The notes under the pieces were generated by a model. That model searched no databases and was not told the DNA's origin. It saw only the letters and a list, made by a program, of their open reading frames with translations. A stretch of DNA of 64,000 nucleotides from the human T2T-CHM13v2.0 reference genome, Homo sapiens, in the NCBI RefSeq assembly GCF_009914755.1, contig NC_060935.1; one strand, written 5' to 3'. Shown piece after piece: positions 41,925 through 57,522 of the stretch (position 1 is the stretch's first letter; each line of letters opens with the position of its first letter). A program made the position numbers and the translations under genes.

Positions 41925-43620
41925 GTCATATCTTTAACAACTCTAGATTTAAAGAAAATTGTAAATATAGAATACAGTCCTTATATACCCTTCACTCAGC
42001 ATCCTCCTATGTTAACATCTTAGAGACAGGGTACAGTTGTTTGAACTAAGAAGTTAGCATTAGTATAATACTATCAACTAAGCTACAGACTCTATCCAGA
42101 TTTCCCCAGTGTTTCCACTAATGTCCTTTTCTGTTCCAGGACACTATACTGCATTTAGCATCATGACTCTTTAATTGTCCTCCTCTGCTCTGTGATAATT
42201 TCTCAGTCTTTTCTTTTTTTCCCATAAACTTGGCAATTTTAAAAAGTATGAGTCAGAAATTTTGTAGAATGTTCCAAAATTTGGGTTTATTTTCTGTGTT
42301 CTCATGCCTAGACTGTGTTACGGATTTAGGGGAAGGATACCACAAAGGTGAAGTGATCTTCTCATTGCATCATATTGGGAGGTACATTCTATCCACATGA
42401 CTTATTACTGGTGATGTGAATCTTGGTTACTTAGTTTTTAACAGTCCTTTTCACTTCATCCATCGTTATCAGTTTGTTCAGGTTTTCTCTCTCAAGTTTC
42501 ATTCTGATACTTTATATTTTATTTTAAAATGTAATTGTCTCATCTAGATTTAATAACTGTGTATGTTTAAAACTGCACAAAATGTTTTATCATTTTTGGT
42601 ACTATCTAAATCTGTGGTTATACTGCTTTTCTCAACCCTAATACTGTATATTATTGTTTTCTTTCTCTTTTTTCTTAGGCTTCTTTAGGGTATACCTAAT
42701 TTGTTCATTTTTGGAGTTTCATTATCAATTATATTTTGGTTTTCTAATTTACTGTCACCGTTGAACTCTATTATGTATCAAAGGAATGGTATTTAGATCT
42801 TGATAAATGGTCAATGTGTTGACAGATCAAGAAGGAAAGAGGAAGGCAAAGGGAACAAGCCAGATGACTACAGCAATAGAAGGCTGGAAAATATGGAGCA
42901 TGTGATCTGTAATCTGGTCTAGCTATAATATATAATACATGCAGGAATGAAAAAGAATAGATGTAAGCAAGCAACATTAAACAGGTGGGAATAAAATATT
43001 ATATTTAGTAAATAAATACTGAAAAATTAAACACAAAATTTCATACAATCCAACAATTTTACTTCTGGGTATATATCCAAAAGAACTGACACCAGAAATT
43101 CAAACAGATATTTGTCTATCCATGCTTATGGCAGTACTAGTCACAATAGCCAAAAAGTGAAAGTAATCCAACTGTCCATCAATGGATGAATAGGTTAAAC
43201 AAAATGTACTATAATCATACATCAGGATATTATTCATGTTTAAAAAGGAAAGAAATTCTGATACTTGCTATACCATGGATGACCCTTGAAGTCATTACAC
43301 TAAGTGAAATAAGTAAGACACAAGAGATCAAATAATTGCATGATTCTACTTATAAAGGGTACCTAAAATAGGCAAATCATAGAGACATACAAGGGAACAG
43401 AGATTACCAGGAGGTAGGGGCAAAGGGAAATTGAGAGTTTTTTAAAAAATGAATACAGTGTTTCAGTTTCGGATGATGGAAAAGTTCTGGAGATGAATAG
43501 CAACAACAGTTGCACAACAATGTGAATGTACTTAATGCCTCTGAATGGTACACTTACAACACTTAAAATGGTACATTTTATGTGTATGCATATTTTATCA
43601 TAATTTAAAAAATTAAATAA
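41925..43620. mobile_element. L1MC 3' end (minus, 41925-42435), old L1 pieces, L1MB 3' end (plus, 43020-43620)
   Basis: ggggaaggataccacaaaggtgaagtg; cttctgggtatatatccaaaagaactga. Confidence 0.8.
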
Positions 43621-44079
43621 ATACAGATTCCTTACTACCTGGAATTAAAGATTCTACATAATTAGTTTGAAATGTTTTTCACATATTATGCTTTACTATT
43701 TACTGACAAAGTGTCTGGCTCTCTCAAAAGAAAGTTTAAAGAATGAATGGGCAAAACTGTTTCCTCTTTTAGGCTGGTCTTAACCTCACAATATTCTAAA
43801 AGAGTCATGCTAATTCCTCCAATGCATCCTTTTCTATTGTTGTTATCTCATCAACATCCCTCCATTGCCTCCACAGTCCACCTCCCCATCTATATCTTTA
43901 TCTTAACCATCTTCTAAGGGTCAGTTCTCCATGGAGTCTTTCCCAATAATTCTACTTGATGGTTCTCTATCTCTATTTTCTATCCAAAAATCCTTTTGTG
44001 TCAAAGTATGTCATTTGACTACACTTTTTAGAATTTTATCTATTAACATCACCTAACAGTTAAATATATTGTCTTTATC

Positions 44080-44440
44080 TACTGGAATAAGACCGAAAGC
44101 ACCTTAAGAGATAGGGATTTTGGTCATGCTTCTTTTATATCCCTATATGGCCTAACACAGTGCTAAATAATACAGAACAGAATACACAAGTGGTTAAGAG
44201 CTCAAGATCTGCTGTTACTAACTCAATATAAAAACCACTTCTACCACTAAGTAGGCTACGCAAATTATGAGGCTAAGCAAGTAACGAGGTTAGGCAAGTT
44301 ACTTAATCTGAGTCTCTTCTTTCTCACTTGCAAAATGGCAAGAATAAAAGTATCTATACTTTATAACATTATGTGAGCATTAAATAAAATAATGAATGTT
44401 AAAAGAACATAAGCACTCAATAAAGGTTAGCATTCAGTAT
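44080..44440 (+). mobile_element. L2 and MIR fragments
   Basis: taggcaagttacttaatctgagtctc...aagcactcaataaagg. Confidence 0.65.
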
Positions 44441-44794
44441 TACTATTAGAAGTGTCTGATACTATTTAGCCTAAATGATGTTGAGCAAATTTCTGAGAAG
44501 TTGAATTATAAATGAAACTCGATTTTGGTGACTCTACAGCGCACTGGTGACAAACTTGAGAAAATAATACGATTAAACACACACTTGTTTGTTTGCCAGT
44601 TCTTTAGCTGTCTTCCTAACTACACTACCTTCACGAAGTCAGGCATTGTATCAGTTTTACCTACTACCATATAGAGAGCACCTAAACACAGAAGTTGGGA
44701 GAAGTATACTGCGCACAAATTTGGCATTCAAATAACTACTGAATAAATTAATCAAAAAGCTAATATTTTGTAAAATTCAAACTCAGATGCTTAC

Positions 44795-44826
44795 ATTACT
44801 AACAATAACACCTCTTCCTCTTTTCC
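44795..44826 (-). pseudogene. 32-nt fossil exon GKEEEVLLLV(M)
   Basis: tcttttcttacag| ... AAT|GTAAGC. Confidence 0.55.
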
Positions 44827-45292
44827 CTGTAAGAAAAGATGATTCTGCCTCCTTGAACAGTAAAAGCAGAGATTATATTTTTTACAAAGGTAACCACAGA
44901 ATATCAATCTGTTTCAGTCCCTGCCTATTTTACAACATGCTCTAATCCCAAGAACATATGCTAGATAAAGAAAAATAATCTGTAGTTGTACATTACACAC
45001 TGGTTAAAAACTCTGATGACTCTGGCAATAGATGAAACTACAGTACTAAACCTCAAGGTCCTAAAGAAAATACTGCTGTTCAGACTGAAAATGAGAAACA
45101 GTATACTTTGGCAGTTTTATTAATTTATAAACTCAACTTGTAGAAAAAAGAATGCTCAACAAAATAAAAGTTGTGAATTTAGAAAGTTGCAAACATTTCA
45201 TCTGTTTAAAACACGTAGGGGAAATAAGTTTGTTTTCTTTCAAACCACATTTGCTAATAAATACATGTTTATTTTCCCGCTTCTTTTCTTAC

Positions 45293-45373
45293 CTAGTTCT
45301 ATTCAGCTATCAAAACAGGAATTCCTTTCCACCTGCACCAACGTAGATAGTATCCAAACAATTAGACTACAGG
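45293..45373 (-). pseudogene. 81-nt fossil exon PVV*LFGYYLRWCRWKGIPVLIAE*N*
   Basis: actcttttag| ... TAG|GTAAGA; phase 0-0. Confidence 0.55.
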
Positions 45374-45486
45374 CTAAAAGAGTCATGTTTCCCATGAAAT
45401 ACTATTTCTTACTCCTTTGTTACCATTTTCTTGGTGATAAGAAGCATTGAGAAAAATGGTTTTGTTATTTGCACGCAATTTTCTCT

Positions 45487-45789
45487 CTTTTTTTTTTTTT
45501 TTTTTTTTTTTTGAGACACAGTCTCGCTCCATCAGGCTGGAGTGCAGTGGCACGATCTTGGCTTACTGCAACCTCGACCTCCCCAGTTCAAGCGATTCTC
45601 CTGCCTCAACCTCCTGAGTAGCTGGGATTACAGGCATGCACCACCACACCCAGTTAATTTTTGTATTTTTAGCAGAGTCGGGGTTTCGTCCTGTTGGCCA
45701 GGCTGGTCTCGAACTCCTGACCTCAAGTGATCTGCTGCCTTGGCCTCCCAGACTGCTGGGATTACAGGCATGAGCCACCGCGCCCGGCC
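45487..45789 (-). mobile_element. Alu (AluSx-like)
   Basis: TSD aattttctctc. Confidence 0.96.
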
Positions 45790-46139
45790 AATTTTCTCTC
45801 CTTTCTTCAAAGGAATCAACAGCTATATATCAAACACATAGCCATGTGCTGTGCTTAGGAAGTGAGAAAACTAAAAAATAAATTATAAGTAAGGCAGGTG
45901 CTCTCTTATATCAGCTCACACCTAATTAGATCCTCCTTTAATTTTGTTGAAAGCAATTAATTGGGAATCATCTAACTTCTAATAGGGTTTGTACACAGAC
46001 ATGAGAATTATTCAGTTTCTAATCTTCTGGGAAGTAAACCAAAATAGTTTTTCCAAAAATTATCTTGTGAATATTAATTATGTCTCTAAATTTTTTACCT
46101 ACGGACAGCGTCTTTAATCAAATAAAAAGGCAGTAATCG

Positions 46140-46764
<625 letters not shown>

Positions 46765-47637
46765 TTCAGTAGATTTCTTAACACTCTTAACAATATACCC
46801 TTAAACAATTTTTTTAGTTTTTATTTTAAAATTATAGAAATTCATCAAGTTACAAGGCAATACAATGAGGTCCCCTGTACTCTTTACTCAGTTCCCCCCA
46901 TGGTTATTTCTTATATAATACAATATCAAAACCAGAAAAATCACATTGATACAATGTGTGTATAGTTCTATGTCATTTTATCACATGCATAGATCTGTGT
47001 AATCACCATCACAATCAATAAATAAAACTATTCTCACTATAAAGAGCTTCCTCATGCTACACTTTTATAGTTTCACCCAACCCCGCCCCCACAAAAATCC
47101 CATGACTACCATTAATTTCCTGGTGACCTCTACAATTGTGTTGTTTGGAGAATGCTATATAAATTGAATCGTACAGTATGTGTCTTTTTGAGACTGATTT
47201 TTTTCACTTACATAATGCTCCTGACTGAGATCTGTCCAAATTTTTGAGGGTATCAATAGTTCATTACTTTATATTGCTACGAGATATACCATAGTATAGA
47301 TGTACCACAGTTTAATCACTCCTACTATTGTAGGACATTTTGGTTGTTTCCAATTTTGGGCCATTGAAAATAAAACCATGTATGGGATTCTGTGCAGAAA
47401 TAAATTTTAATTTATCTAGGAGAAACGCCCAAGAGTACAACTGCTGAGTCATATGGTTAAGTGTATAGTTAGCATTTTAAGAAATTGCTAAACCGTTTTC
47501 CAGAGCAACTATACTATTTTACAACTCCTACCAGCAATGTGTGAGAGACTGTATTACCATATCCTTGCCACCTCCAGTGGCTGTTCCTTGCCCACATTTA
47601 ATATTGCCACTAATTTTTTTTTTTTTTTTAAAGATAG

Positions 47638-48194
<557 letters not shown>

Positions 48195-48707
48195 TAGTCT
48201 TTTCATTCTCATTACAGGGTATTTAGCACAGCAAAAGTTCTTAATTTTAATACATTCCAATTTAGCAATTTTTTATAGATCATGTTTCTTGTGTCATGTC
48301 TAAGAACTCTTCACCAAGTTTTAGTTCCAAAGATGTTCTATGTTTTCTCCTAAAAGTTTTATAGTTTTACATTTTAAACTTCAGTCTATTATCCATTTTG
48401 AGTTACTCTGGTACCACTGTGAGTCTTAGGTCAAGATTATTTTTTTGGTCTAAGTTTTTTGTCTATGGATATCCAATTGCACTGGCCCCACTTCTGAAGA
48501 ATACTATTCTTTTCCTTTGAATTGTTTTTGTACCTTTGTCAAAAGCCAGGTGGCTGTAATTGGATAGGCTATTTCTGGGTTTGCTGTTCTGTTCCACTGA
48601 CCTAGTGGTCAATGGAACAAACCAAATATATATATTTGGTTTCTGCCCCTGGTTCTAACACAAAGCTCCTAAAACTCTTGTAATTTCGTGAACGACAGGG
48701 GTCCTAA

Positions 48708-50256
48708 TGTGTCCAGAATTGGTGGGTTCTTGGTCTCACTGACTTCAAGAATGAAGCCGTGGACCCTCGCGGTGAGTGTTACAGCTCTTAAGGTGGCGTG
48801 TCTGGAGTCTGTCCCTTCTGATGTTCAGATGTGTTTGGAGTTTCTTCCTTCTGGTGGGTTTGTGGTCTCGCTGGCTCAGGAGTGAAGCTGCAGACCTTCG
48901 CGGTGAGTGTTACAGCTCTTAAGGCAGCGCGTCTGGAGTTGTTCGTTCCTCCCGGTGGGCTCGTGGTCTCGCTGGGCTCAGGAGTGAAGCTGCAGATCTT
49001 CACGGTGAGTGTTACAGCTCATAAAAGCAGTGTGGACCCAAAGAGTGAGCAGTAGCAAGATTTATTGCAAAGAACGAAAGAACAAAGCTTCCACAGTGTG
49101 GAAGGGGACCCGAGCGGGTTGCCAATGCTGGCTCGGGCAGCCTGCTTTTGTTCTGTTATCTGGCCCCACCCACATCCTGCTGATTGGTAGGGCCGAGTGG
49201 CCTGTTTTGTCAGGGCGCTGATTGGTGCGTTTACAATCCCTGAGCTAGATACAAAGGTTCTCCACGTCCCCATCAGATTAGTTAGATACAAAGTTTCCAC
49301 ACACAGGTTCTCCAAGGCCCCACCAGAGAAGCTAGGTACAGAGTGTCGATTGGTGCATTCACAAACCTTGAGCTAAACACAGGGTGCTGATTGGTGTGTT
49401 TACAAACCTTGAGCTAGATACAGAGTGCCGATTGGTGTATTTACAATCCTTGAGCTAGACATAAAGGTTCTCCACTTCCTCACCAGAGCAGCTAGATACA
49501 GAGTGTCGATTGGTGCACTCACAAACCTTGAGCTAAACACAGGGTGCTGATTGGTGTATTTACAATCCCTGAGCTAGATATAAAGACTCTCCACATCCCC
49601 ATCAGACTCAGGAGCCCAGCTGGCTTCACCTAGTGGATCCCGCGTAGGGGCTGCAGGTGGAGCTGCCTGCCAGTCCTGCGCCGTGTGCTCGCATTCCTCA
49701 GCCCTTGGGTGGTCGATGGGACTGGGTGCCGTGGAGCAGGGGGTGGTGCTTGTCGGGGAGGCTCGGGCCGCACAGGAGCCCATGGAGTGGGTGGGAGGCT
49801 TAGGCATGGCGGGCTGCAGGTCCCGAGCCCTGCCCCGTGGGAGGGCAGCCAAGGCCCAGCGAGAAATCGAACGCAGTGCCGGTGGGCCAGCACTGCTGGG
49901 GGACTCAGTACACCCTCCGCAGCCACTGGCCTGGGTGCTAAGTCCCCCATTGCCCAGGGCCAGCAGGGCTGCCTGGCTGCTCCGAGTGCGGGGCCCACCA
50001 AGCCCACGCCCACCCGGAACTCCAGCTGGCCCGCAAGTGCCGCACACAGCCCCGGTTCCCGCTCATGCCTCTCCCTCCACACCTCCCTGCAAGCTGAGGG
50101 AGTGGGCTCCGGCCTTGGCCAGGCCAGAAAGGGGCTCCCACAGTGCAATGGGGGACTGAAGGGCTCCTCAAATGCCACCAAAGTGGGAGCCCAGGCAGGG
50201 GAGGTGCCGAGAGCAAGCGAGGGCTCTGAGGACTGCCAGCACGCTGTCACCTCTCA
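48708..50256 (-). mobile_element. LTR12C (ERV9) solo LTR
   Basis: Starts TGAGAGGTGACAGCGTGCTGGCAGTCCTC on minus; CCAAT tandem repeats 49180-49580; TSD ctaa at 48704-07 and 50257-60. Confidence 0.96.
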
Positions 50257-50381
50257 CTAAGAGCATCTTTTGTTCTAATATTTGGTCTTTGACCTTGGTT
50301 CCTGACACAGAACTCCTAAAACCACTGAGTGATAGCAATGATAGGAACATCTTACGTAAAGCTTCTGAATTCCTTAGACTT

Positions 50382-52687
50382 TGTATTAGTCCGATTTTAT
50401 GCTGCTGATAAAGACATACCTGAGACCGGGCAATTTACAAAGAAAGGCGTTTAATAGACTCACAGTTCCATGTGGCTGGGGAGGCCTCACAATCATGGCA
50501 GAAGGTGAAAGGCATATCTCACATGGCGGCAGACAAGAGAAGAGAACATATATATACAGGGAAACTCCCCTTTACAAAACCATCAGATCTCATGAGACTT
50601 ATTCACTATCACTAGAACAGCACAGGAAAGACCTGCCCCCCTGATTCAATTACCTCCCACTGGGTCCCTCCCATGACACATGGCAATTGTGGGAGCTACA
50701 ATTCAAGATAAAATTAGGGTGGGGACACAGCCAAACCATATCATTCTGCCCTGGCCCCCCCCAAACCTCATGTCCTCACATTTCAAAACCAGTCATGCCT
50801 TCCCAACAGTCCCCCAAAGTCTTAACTCATGTCAGCATTAACGTGAAAGTCCACAGTCCAAAGTCTCATCAGAGACAAGGCAAGTCCTTTCTGCCTATGA
50901 GCCTGTAAAATCAAAAGCAAGTTTATTACTTCCTAGATACAATGGGGGTACAGGCATTGGGTAAATACAGCCATTTCAAATGTGAGAAATTGACCAAAAC
51001 AAAGGGGTTACAGGCACTGTGCAAGTCCGAAATCCAGCAGGTCAGTCAAATCTTAAAGCTCCAAAATGATCTCCTTTGACTCCAGGTCTCATATCCAGGT
51101 CACACGGATGCAAGAGGTAAGCTGTATGGTCTTGGGCAGCTCCGCCCCTGTGGCTTTGCAGGGTATAGCCTCCCTCCTGGCTGCTTTCACGGGCTGCTGT
51201 TGAGTGTCTGTGGCTTTTCCAGGCACACAGTGCAAGCTGTCGGTGGATCTACCATTCTGGGATCTGGAGGACAGTGGCCCTCTTCTCACAGCTCCACTAG
51301 GCAGCAGCCCAGTGGGGACTCTGTATGGGGGCTTCAACCCCACGTTTCCCTTTTGCACTGCCCTAGCAGAAGTTCTTCCTGAGGACCCTGCCCCAGCAGC
51401 AAACTTGTTCCTGGACATCCAGGCATTTCCACACATCTTCTGAAACCTAGGTGGAGGTTCCCAAACCTCAGTTCTTGACTTCTGTGCACTGGCAGGCTCA
51501 ACACCGCGTTGAAGTTGCCAAGGCTTAGGGCTTGCAGCCTCTGAAGCCACAGCCCACACTGTACCTTGGCCCCTTTCAGTCACTGCTAGAGCAGCTAGGA
51601 GGCAGGGCACCAAGTCCCTAGACTGCACACAGCAGTGGGACCCTGGGCCTGGCCCAGGAAACCATTTTTTCCTCCTAGGCCTCTGGGTCTGTGATGGCAG
51701 GGGCTGCCACAGAGGTCTCTGACACGCCCTAGAGACCTTTTCCGCATGGCCTTGGCAATTAACATTTGGCTCCTCGTTACTTATGCAAATTTCTGCAGCT
51801 GGCTTGAATTTCTCCTTAGAAAATGGGATTTTCCTTTCTATTGCATTGTCAGGCTGCAAATCATCTGAACGTTTATGCTCTGCTTCCGTTATAAAATTAA
51901 ATGCCTTTAACAGCACCCAAGTCACATCTTGAATGCTTTGCTGCTTATAAATTTCTTCTCCCACACCCTAAATCAACTCTCTCAAGTTCAAAGTTCCACA
52001 AATCTCTAGGGCAGGGGCAATCTGTCACCAGTCTCTTTGCTAAAACATAATAAGAGTCACTTTTGCTCCAGTTCCCAATAAGTTCTTCATTTCCATTTGA
52101 GACCACATCAGCCTGAACTTTATTGTCCATATCACTATCAGCATTTTGGTCAAAGCCATTCAACAAGTCTAGGAGGTTCCAAACTGTCCTACATTTTCCT
52201 ATCTTCTCCTAAGCCTTCCAAACTGTTCCAACCTCGGCCTGCTACCCAGTTCCAAAGTTGCTTCCACATTTTTTGGGTATCTTTACTGCAGCGCCCCACT
52301 CTCCTGGTACCAATTTATTGTATTAGTCCATTTTTATGTTGCTTTATAAGCAACATAAAGACATACCTGATACTGGGCGATTTACAAAAGAAAGGCGTTT
52401 AATAGACTCACAGCTCCACATGGCTGGGGAGGCCTCACAATCATGGCAGAAGGTGAAAGGCATGTCTCACATGGCAGCCAACAAGAGAAGACAACTTGTG
52501 CAGGGAAATTCCCCTTTATAACACCATCAGATCTCATGAGACTTATTCACTATCACGAGAATATCATGGGAAAGACCTGCCTCCATGACTCAATTACCTC
52601 CACAAGGTCCCCCCCAACAACACATGGGAATTATGAGAACTACAATTCAAGGTGAGATTTGGATAGGGACACAGCCAAACCATATCA
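50382..52687 (-). mobile_element. Complete THE1 (LTR 50382-50743, internal 50744-52318, LTR 52319-52687)
   Basis: Two THE1B/C-like LTRs, polypurine tract, MaLR internal ORF; TSD gactt/ggctt. Confidence 0.95.
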
Positions 52688-54207
52688 GGCTTCCTTGGTG
52701 ACAAGCGTATCTTTGCTCTAATGAAGAAACTCTTGGTGGGCTCCTGAATAGCTTCAGGATGGGGAGCTGATCACCAGAAAGACCAAGCCATAATTTGAAG
52801 CTGGGGACTTTTAGCCCCATCTGCATTCTCCAGGGAGTGGCTGGAGACTGAGTTAGTATTTGATTATGTGTACACACTGAAGCCTCCACAAAAAGCCTAT
52901 CTGCTGAAGCCTCCAAAACTGCAGGGCTTGGAGAACAAACAAATTATCAAACCTGAGGAGGATGTTGTATGGCCAAGTCAGACAAAAGCATGCATACTCC
53001 ATACTTGCAACTAGCACCTGAAATGGGAGGTAAGGTACTCTTGTGGGACTGAGCCTTTAATCCGTGGGAATTCTAGGTAATTAATGTCAAAAACTGAGTT
53101 AAACTATAGGACACTCTATTGGTATCCACAGAGAAGTGAAGAACTGCTTGGTGTGGAACACCCATGCATTTGATATAAGAAGTGTTGCGAATAAAGAAAC
53201 TGTTTTTCTTTTATTATCTTTCTGCCAATACAATAGGATGATTCTTCCCACTTTTTTCTTCTTTTTCTAAATTGTTTTAGCTATTCTAATTCCTTCAACT
53301 TTCCATATATATAATCTTGTCCATGTACTAGAAAAATCTTTGGGGATTTTTATAAGAATTGTGTTAAACCTGTGTATCAACTTGAGTGGAATTAGCATCT
53401 TTACTGTATTGAGTCTTCCAATCTATGTACACAGTATTTCCATTTACTTAGATCTTTAATTTTTTCCCCAACATTTTGTAGTCTCAGCATATAAGTCCTG
53501 TATGTGTTTTGTTGGATTTACACCTAAATACATCATTTCTTTTAGTAACTGTAAATTACACTGTATTTTAAAATTTTTCCACATCTTCATTGACAGGATA
53601 TACAAAAATACAATTAGTTTTTGTACGATCTCATAACCTGTGAATCTATATAACTCACTTATTAGTTCTAGATGTGTTTTTGTGTACTCTTTGGAATTGT
53701 CTATACACATAATGATGTCAACTACAAACAGGGACAGATTTATTCCTTCCATTTTGATCTGCATGTCCTTTATTTCCTTGTTTTGTGGTATTGAGCTGGC
53801 TAGAACTTCCAACAGCATATTGAATAGCAGTAGTGAGAGCAGACATCCTTTCTTATTCTCAATCTTAGGGGGAAAGCATTCAATTTTTCACCAGTAAGTA
53901 TAATGTTACCTTCGGCTTTCTGTAGCTGTTCTTTATCAAGCTGAAGCAGTTCCCCTCTATTCCTAGCTTTCTAAGATTTTTTAAAAATTATAAATGGGTG
54001 TTGAATTTTGTCAAATGCTTTTTCCACATTTATAAACATTTTGTAGTTTTCCTTTTTTGTCTTTGTCTGCTTTTGGTATCAGAGTAACACAGGCTTTAAA
54101 AAATAAATTGAGGCCGGGCGCGGTGGTTCACGTCTGTAATCCCAGCACTTTGGGAGGCCGAGGTGGGTGGATCACCTGTGGTCCAGAGTTCAAGACCAGT
54201 CTAGTCA

Positions 54208-54457
<250 letters not shown>

Positions 54458-56421
54458 TCAGTCTTTAAACATTTAATATAATTATCTGGTAAAATCATCT
54501 AGGTTTGGAGATTTCTATTTTGAGAATTTTAAAATTATGAATTCAATTTTCTTAACAGAATTATTCAAATTATCTATTTTATATTGGGTGAGTTGCAGCA
54601 GGTTGTGCTTTTCAAGTCATTTGTCCATTTCATCTAACTGAGTCAAATTTACATGCATAGAGTTATTTGTAGCAGTTTCTCATTAACTCGTTGATGACTG
54701 ACTATAGGGTCTCTAGTGATATTTCATTTCATTTCTGATATTGAACATTTTGTCTATTTGTTCTAGGGGTGTAACAATTGTATCATCCCCTCAAAGAGCC
54801 AACTGTGTGTTTCATTGATTTTTCTCTAGTTTTCAATTTCATTGATTTCTGTTTTCATGTTTATTGCTTCCTTCTTACTGCTTGGCTTAACTATTCTGAG
54901 CTTCTTTTCCTATTTTTTTTTTTTTGAGACAGGATTTTAGATGATCAATTTTAGACTTTTCCTCTTCTCCAGTATAAGCATGTAGTACTGTAAGTTTCCA
55001 TCTGAGTAATACTTTAGCTGAATCTCAGAATTTTGATATGTTGTACTTCCATTCAATGTATTTTTATTTCTTTGAACCACTATTTAGAAACATACTGTTC
55101 ACTTTTCAAGTGTCCAGAGATTTTCCTATTTTCTTTCCATTATGGATATCTAGTTTGATTCCATGGTGGTGAGAGAACATACTCTATATGTTTCAAATTT
55201 AAAAAAATTTTTCAGATTTCTTAGTGGTTCAGACTATGGTCTGTCTTGGTGTATTTACCATGAACATTTGAAAACACTGTATTCTGCTATTTGTGGATAG
55301 AATGTTCCTTGTCTGCGTTTTCCTTGGAAAGTCTTCATGCATCCCAGGATAAGACTGCTAATTTGCCCATCAACTGGACTCTTTAACAAATGTGACTATG
55401 GAAAACCATGTAAGAAACTAACTCATATAATAAAAAAGTATTAATGGAAGGGGAGATTATTCATATCATAAACTATTACTACAGTAACTCCAGAAAATTA
55501 CATATTTAAATTTCATTTGGGAAGGAGTGTGTATTATTTTTAGTTTACATGAGTATTAAAAATTACTTATTTTTGGGAAAATGTTAAGATTTTCATTTAT
55601 TTAGCCCATCAAAAAATATTTTCTAAGCACTCTATCATATACAAAGGATTGTGGTTGGTCCAGACTCTCTAGGGGATCGTAAACCAGGCATATTGTAGAG
55701 TCTCCAGCAGTTTTTTCCTTGTGTTAGATCACCGCCATCCAAAAGCATTTTCTGTAATGATGGAACTGTTCTTCATCTGTGATGTCAAAGACTGTAGTCA
55801 CTAGATATATGAGGCTATTGAACACTTCAAATTAGCGTATTAGAAGTGTAGCACCAGAACATAATACAGGCCCCTTGCATTTATTACACTTTCCTTGTTC
55901 AAAGCTGTGCAAGATTTGTCTGAATTTAAAGCAGATAAGACAGGAGTGACTGAGATACCCAGTTTTACATTAGACTGCTTCAGATTTTACTTTTACATTT
56001 TCTATCACATGGGCTAAAATTGCTCCCGTATATAAGCTCCTGTTCAATCTTAGCTATTTGCTTTATTTAATTTTTGTTCAATAAAAAGGATGGTGTTAAG
56101 TAATTGTCTTCCTGCCTTCATTCCAAAAATATGACTAATCTTGGCCAAGTAAGTTATTGTCCTCATTAGTTTCCCTGCCAAGGAAAAATCAACAGAAAAT
56201 GTCAGCCTTCTACATAGCTCCTTCCATCTACATTCCTGTGTGGCTACTGGCTAGATCATTCTGCTCCTACCCACTGGGTGCGGATTAGCAGAAGTATAAG
56301 TCAACTATGATGCAGATGCTATCCGGAGACTCAGAAGGGCAATCCTTAGGTGTGGTTTCCATGAATAAAAGGCCTTTGGACATATAAATATAGGAGATTA
56401 AACTTGTATTTCACTTTGATA

Positions 56422-57330
56422 TTGTGATTTGTAGTAAGAAATATACATTTGGTCTTTGCCACCAGTTCCCGGCACAGTGCTTCTAAAACCCTTGTAATTT
56501 CCTGAATGACAGGAGTGCCAGGACCATCTTTTGTTTTAATATTTGGTCTGTGACTAGAAACACAGCTCCTAAAACCTCTGGAATCTCAGAAGTGTCTTTT
56601 TTTATGCTAATGAGATACATGGTGGCTAAAGTCTCCTGAAGAGCCTCCGGTTGGGGAATGGCTTCCAGGGGAACCAACAATATGATTAGAGCACTGGAAG
56701 TTTCAGCTCTCCTCTCCTGATGTCTTACAAAGAGGGACTGGCAATTGAGTTAATCACTATTGGCCAATGATTTTAATCAATCATGCCTACACAATGAGGC
56801 CTCCACAAAACCCCAAAGGACGAGGTTTCAAGAGATTCTGGGTTGGTGAACACATGGAGGTTCTGAGAGGTGGTGTGCCTAACTGGGGCAGGGAAGCTCT
56901 GTGTCTCTCCCCCTTAAGTGTCCTATGTGTGTCTTGCATTTGGTTATTCCTGAGTTGTATTCTATATAATAAACTGACACTCATAAGTAAAGTGTTACCC
57001 TCAGTTTTGTCAGCTGTTCTAGAAAATTTTCAAGCCCAAGGAGGGGCCATGAGAACCTCCCATTTATAGCTAGTCAGTCAGAAGCACAGGTGACAGTTTG
57101 GACTTGAGAGTGGCATTTGAAGTGGGGAGCAGTCTTGTGGGACTGAGTCCTTAACTTGTGGGGTCTGTAGTAACCCCAAGTATATACCATCAGAATTGCA
57201 TTGAACTGTAATACACCCAGTTGGTGTCAGAGGTTGGAAATTGGTTGATGTGGGAAAAATTCCCACACATCTGTTTTCAGAAGATAAATATTTTAAGTAT
57301 AGGAAAACAGTTTATTTTTCCTTTTTTATT
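56422..57330 (+). mobile_element. MER21-like solo LTR
   Basis: atttggtctttgcc...ctaaaacccttgtaatttcctgaatgacagg...gcagtcttgtgggactgag. Confidence 0.8.
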
Positions 57331-57522
57331 CATATAACTTTCTTTAAAGACAAGCAAATCATGATTGGAGGTAAAATATGCCCAGAAAAAAAGAAAAATG
57401 GAAGAAAAATAAAGACAGGTAAATGAAAATGACTCGGTCCAGAGATGCATATATCCTTACTGTGTGGCAAATATAAAAATGCTTGATCTCCTCTTACCAA
57501 AAACACAGACTTAAATCTATAC

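Larger units (their letters stand above)
48620..53210 (+). mobile_element. MER21-like LTR split in three (48620-48707, 50257-50381, 52688-53210)
   Basis: Pieces are colinear with the intact related LTR at 56422-57330. Confidence 0.75.

Noticed and set aside
44890-45060. Extra minus-strand AG/GT pairs (also tiny ones near 38070 and 46100)
   Set aside because: No clear phase fit or frame; indistinguishable from chance sites in AT-rich intron.
49574-50260. Overlapping 157-206 aa ORFs
   Set aside because: GC-rich LTR12C U3 lacks stops in all frames; repeat artefact.
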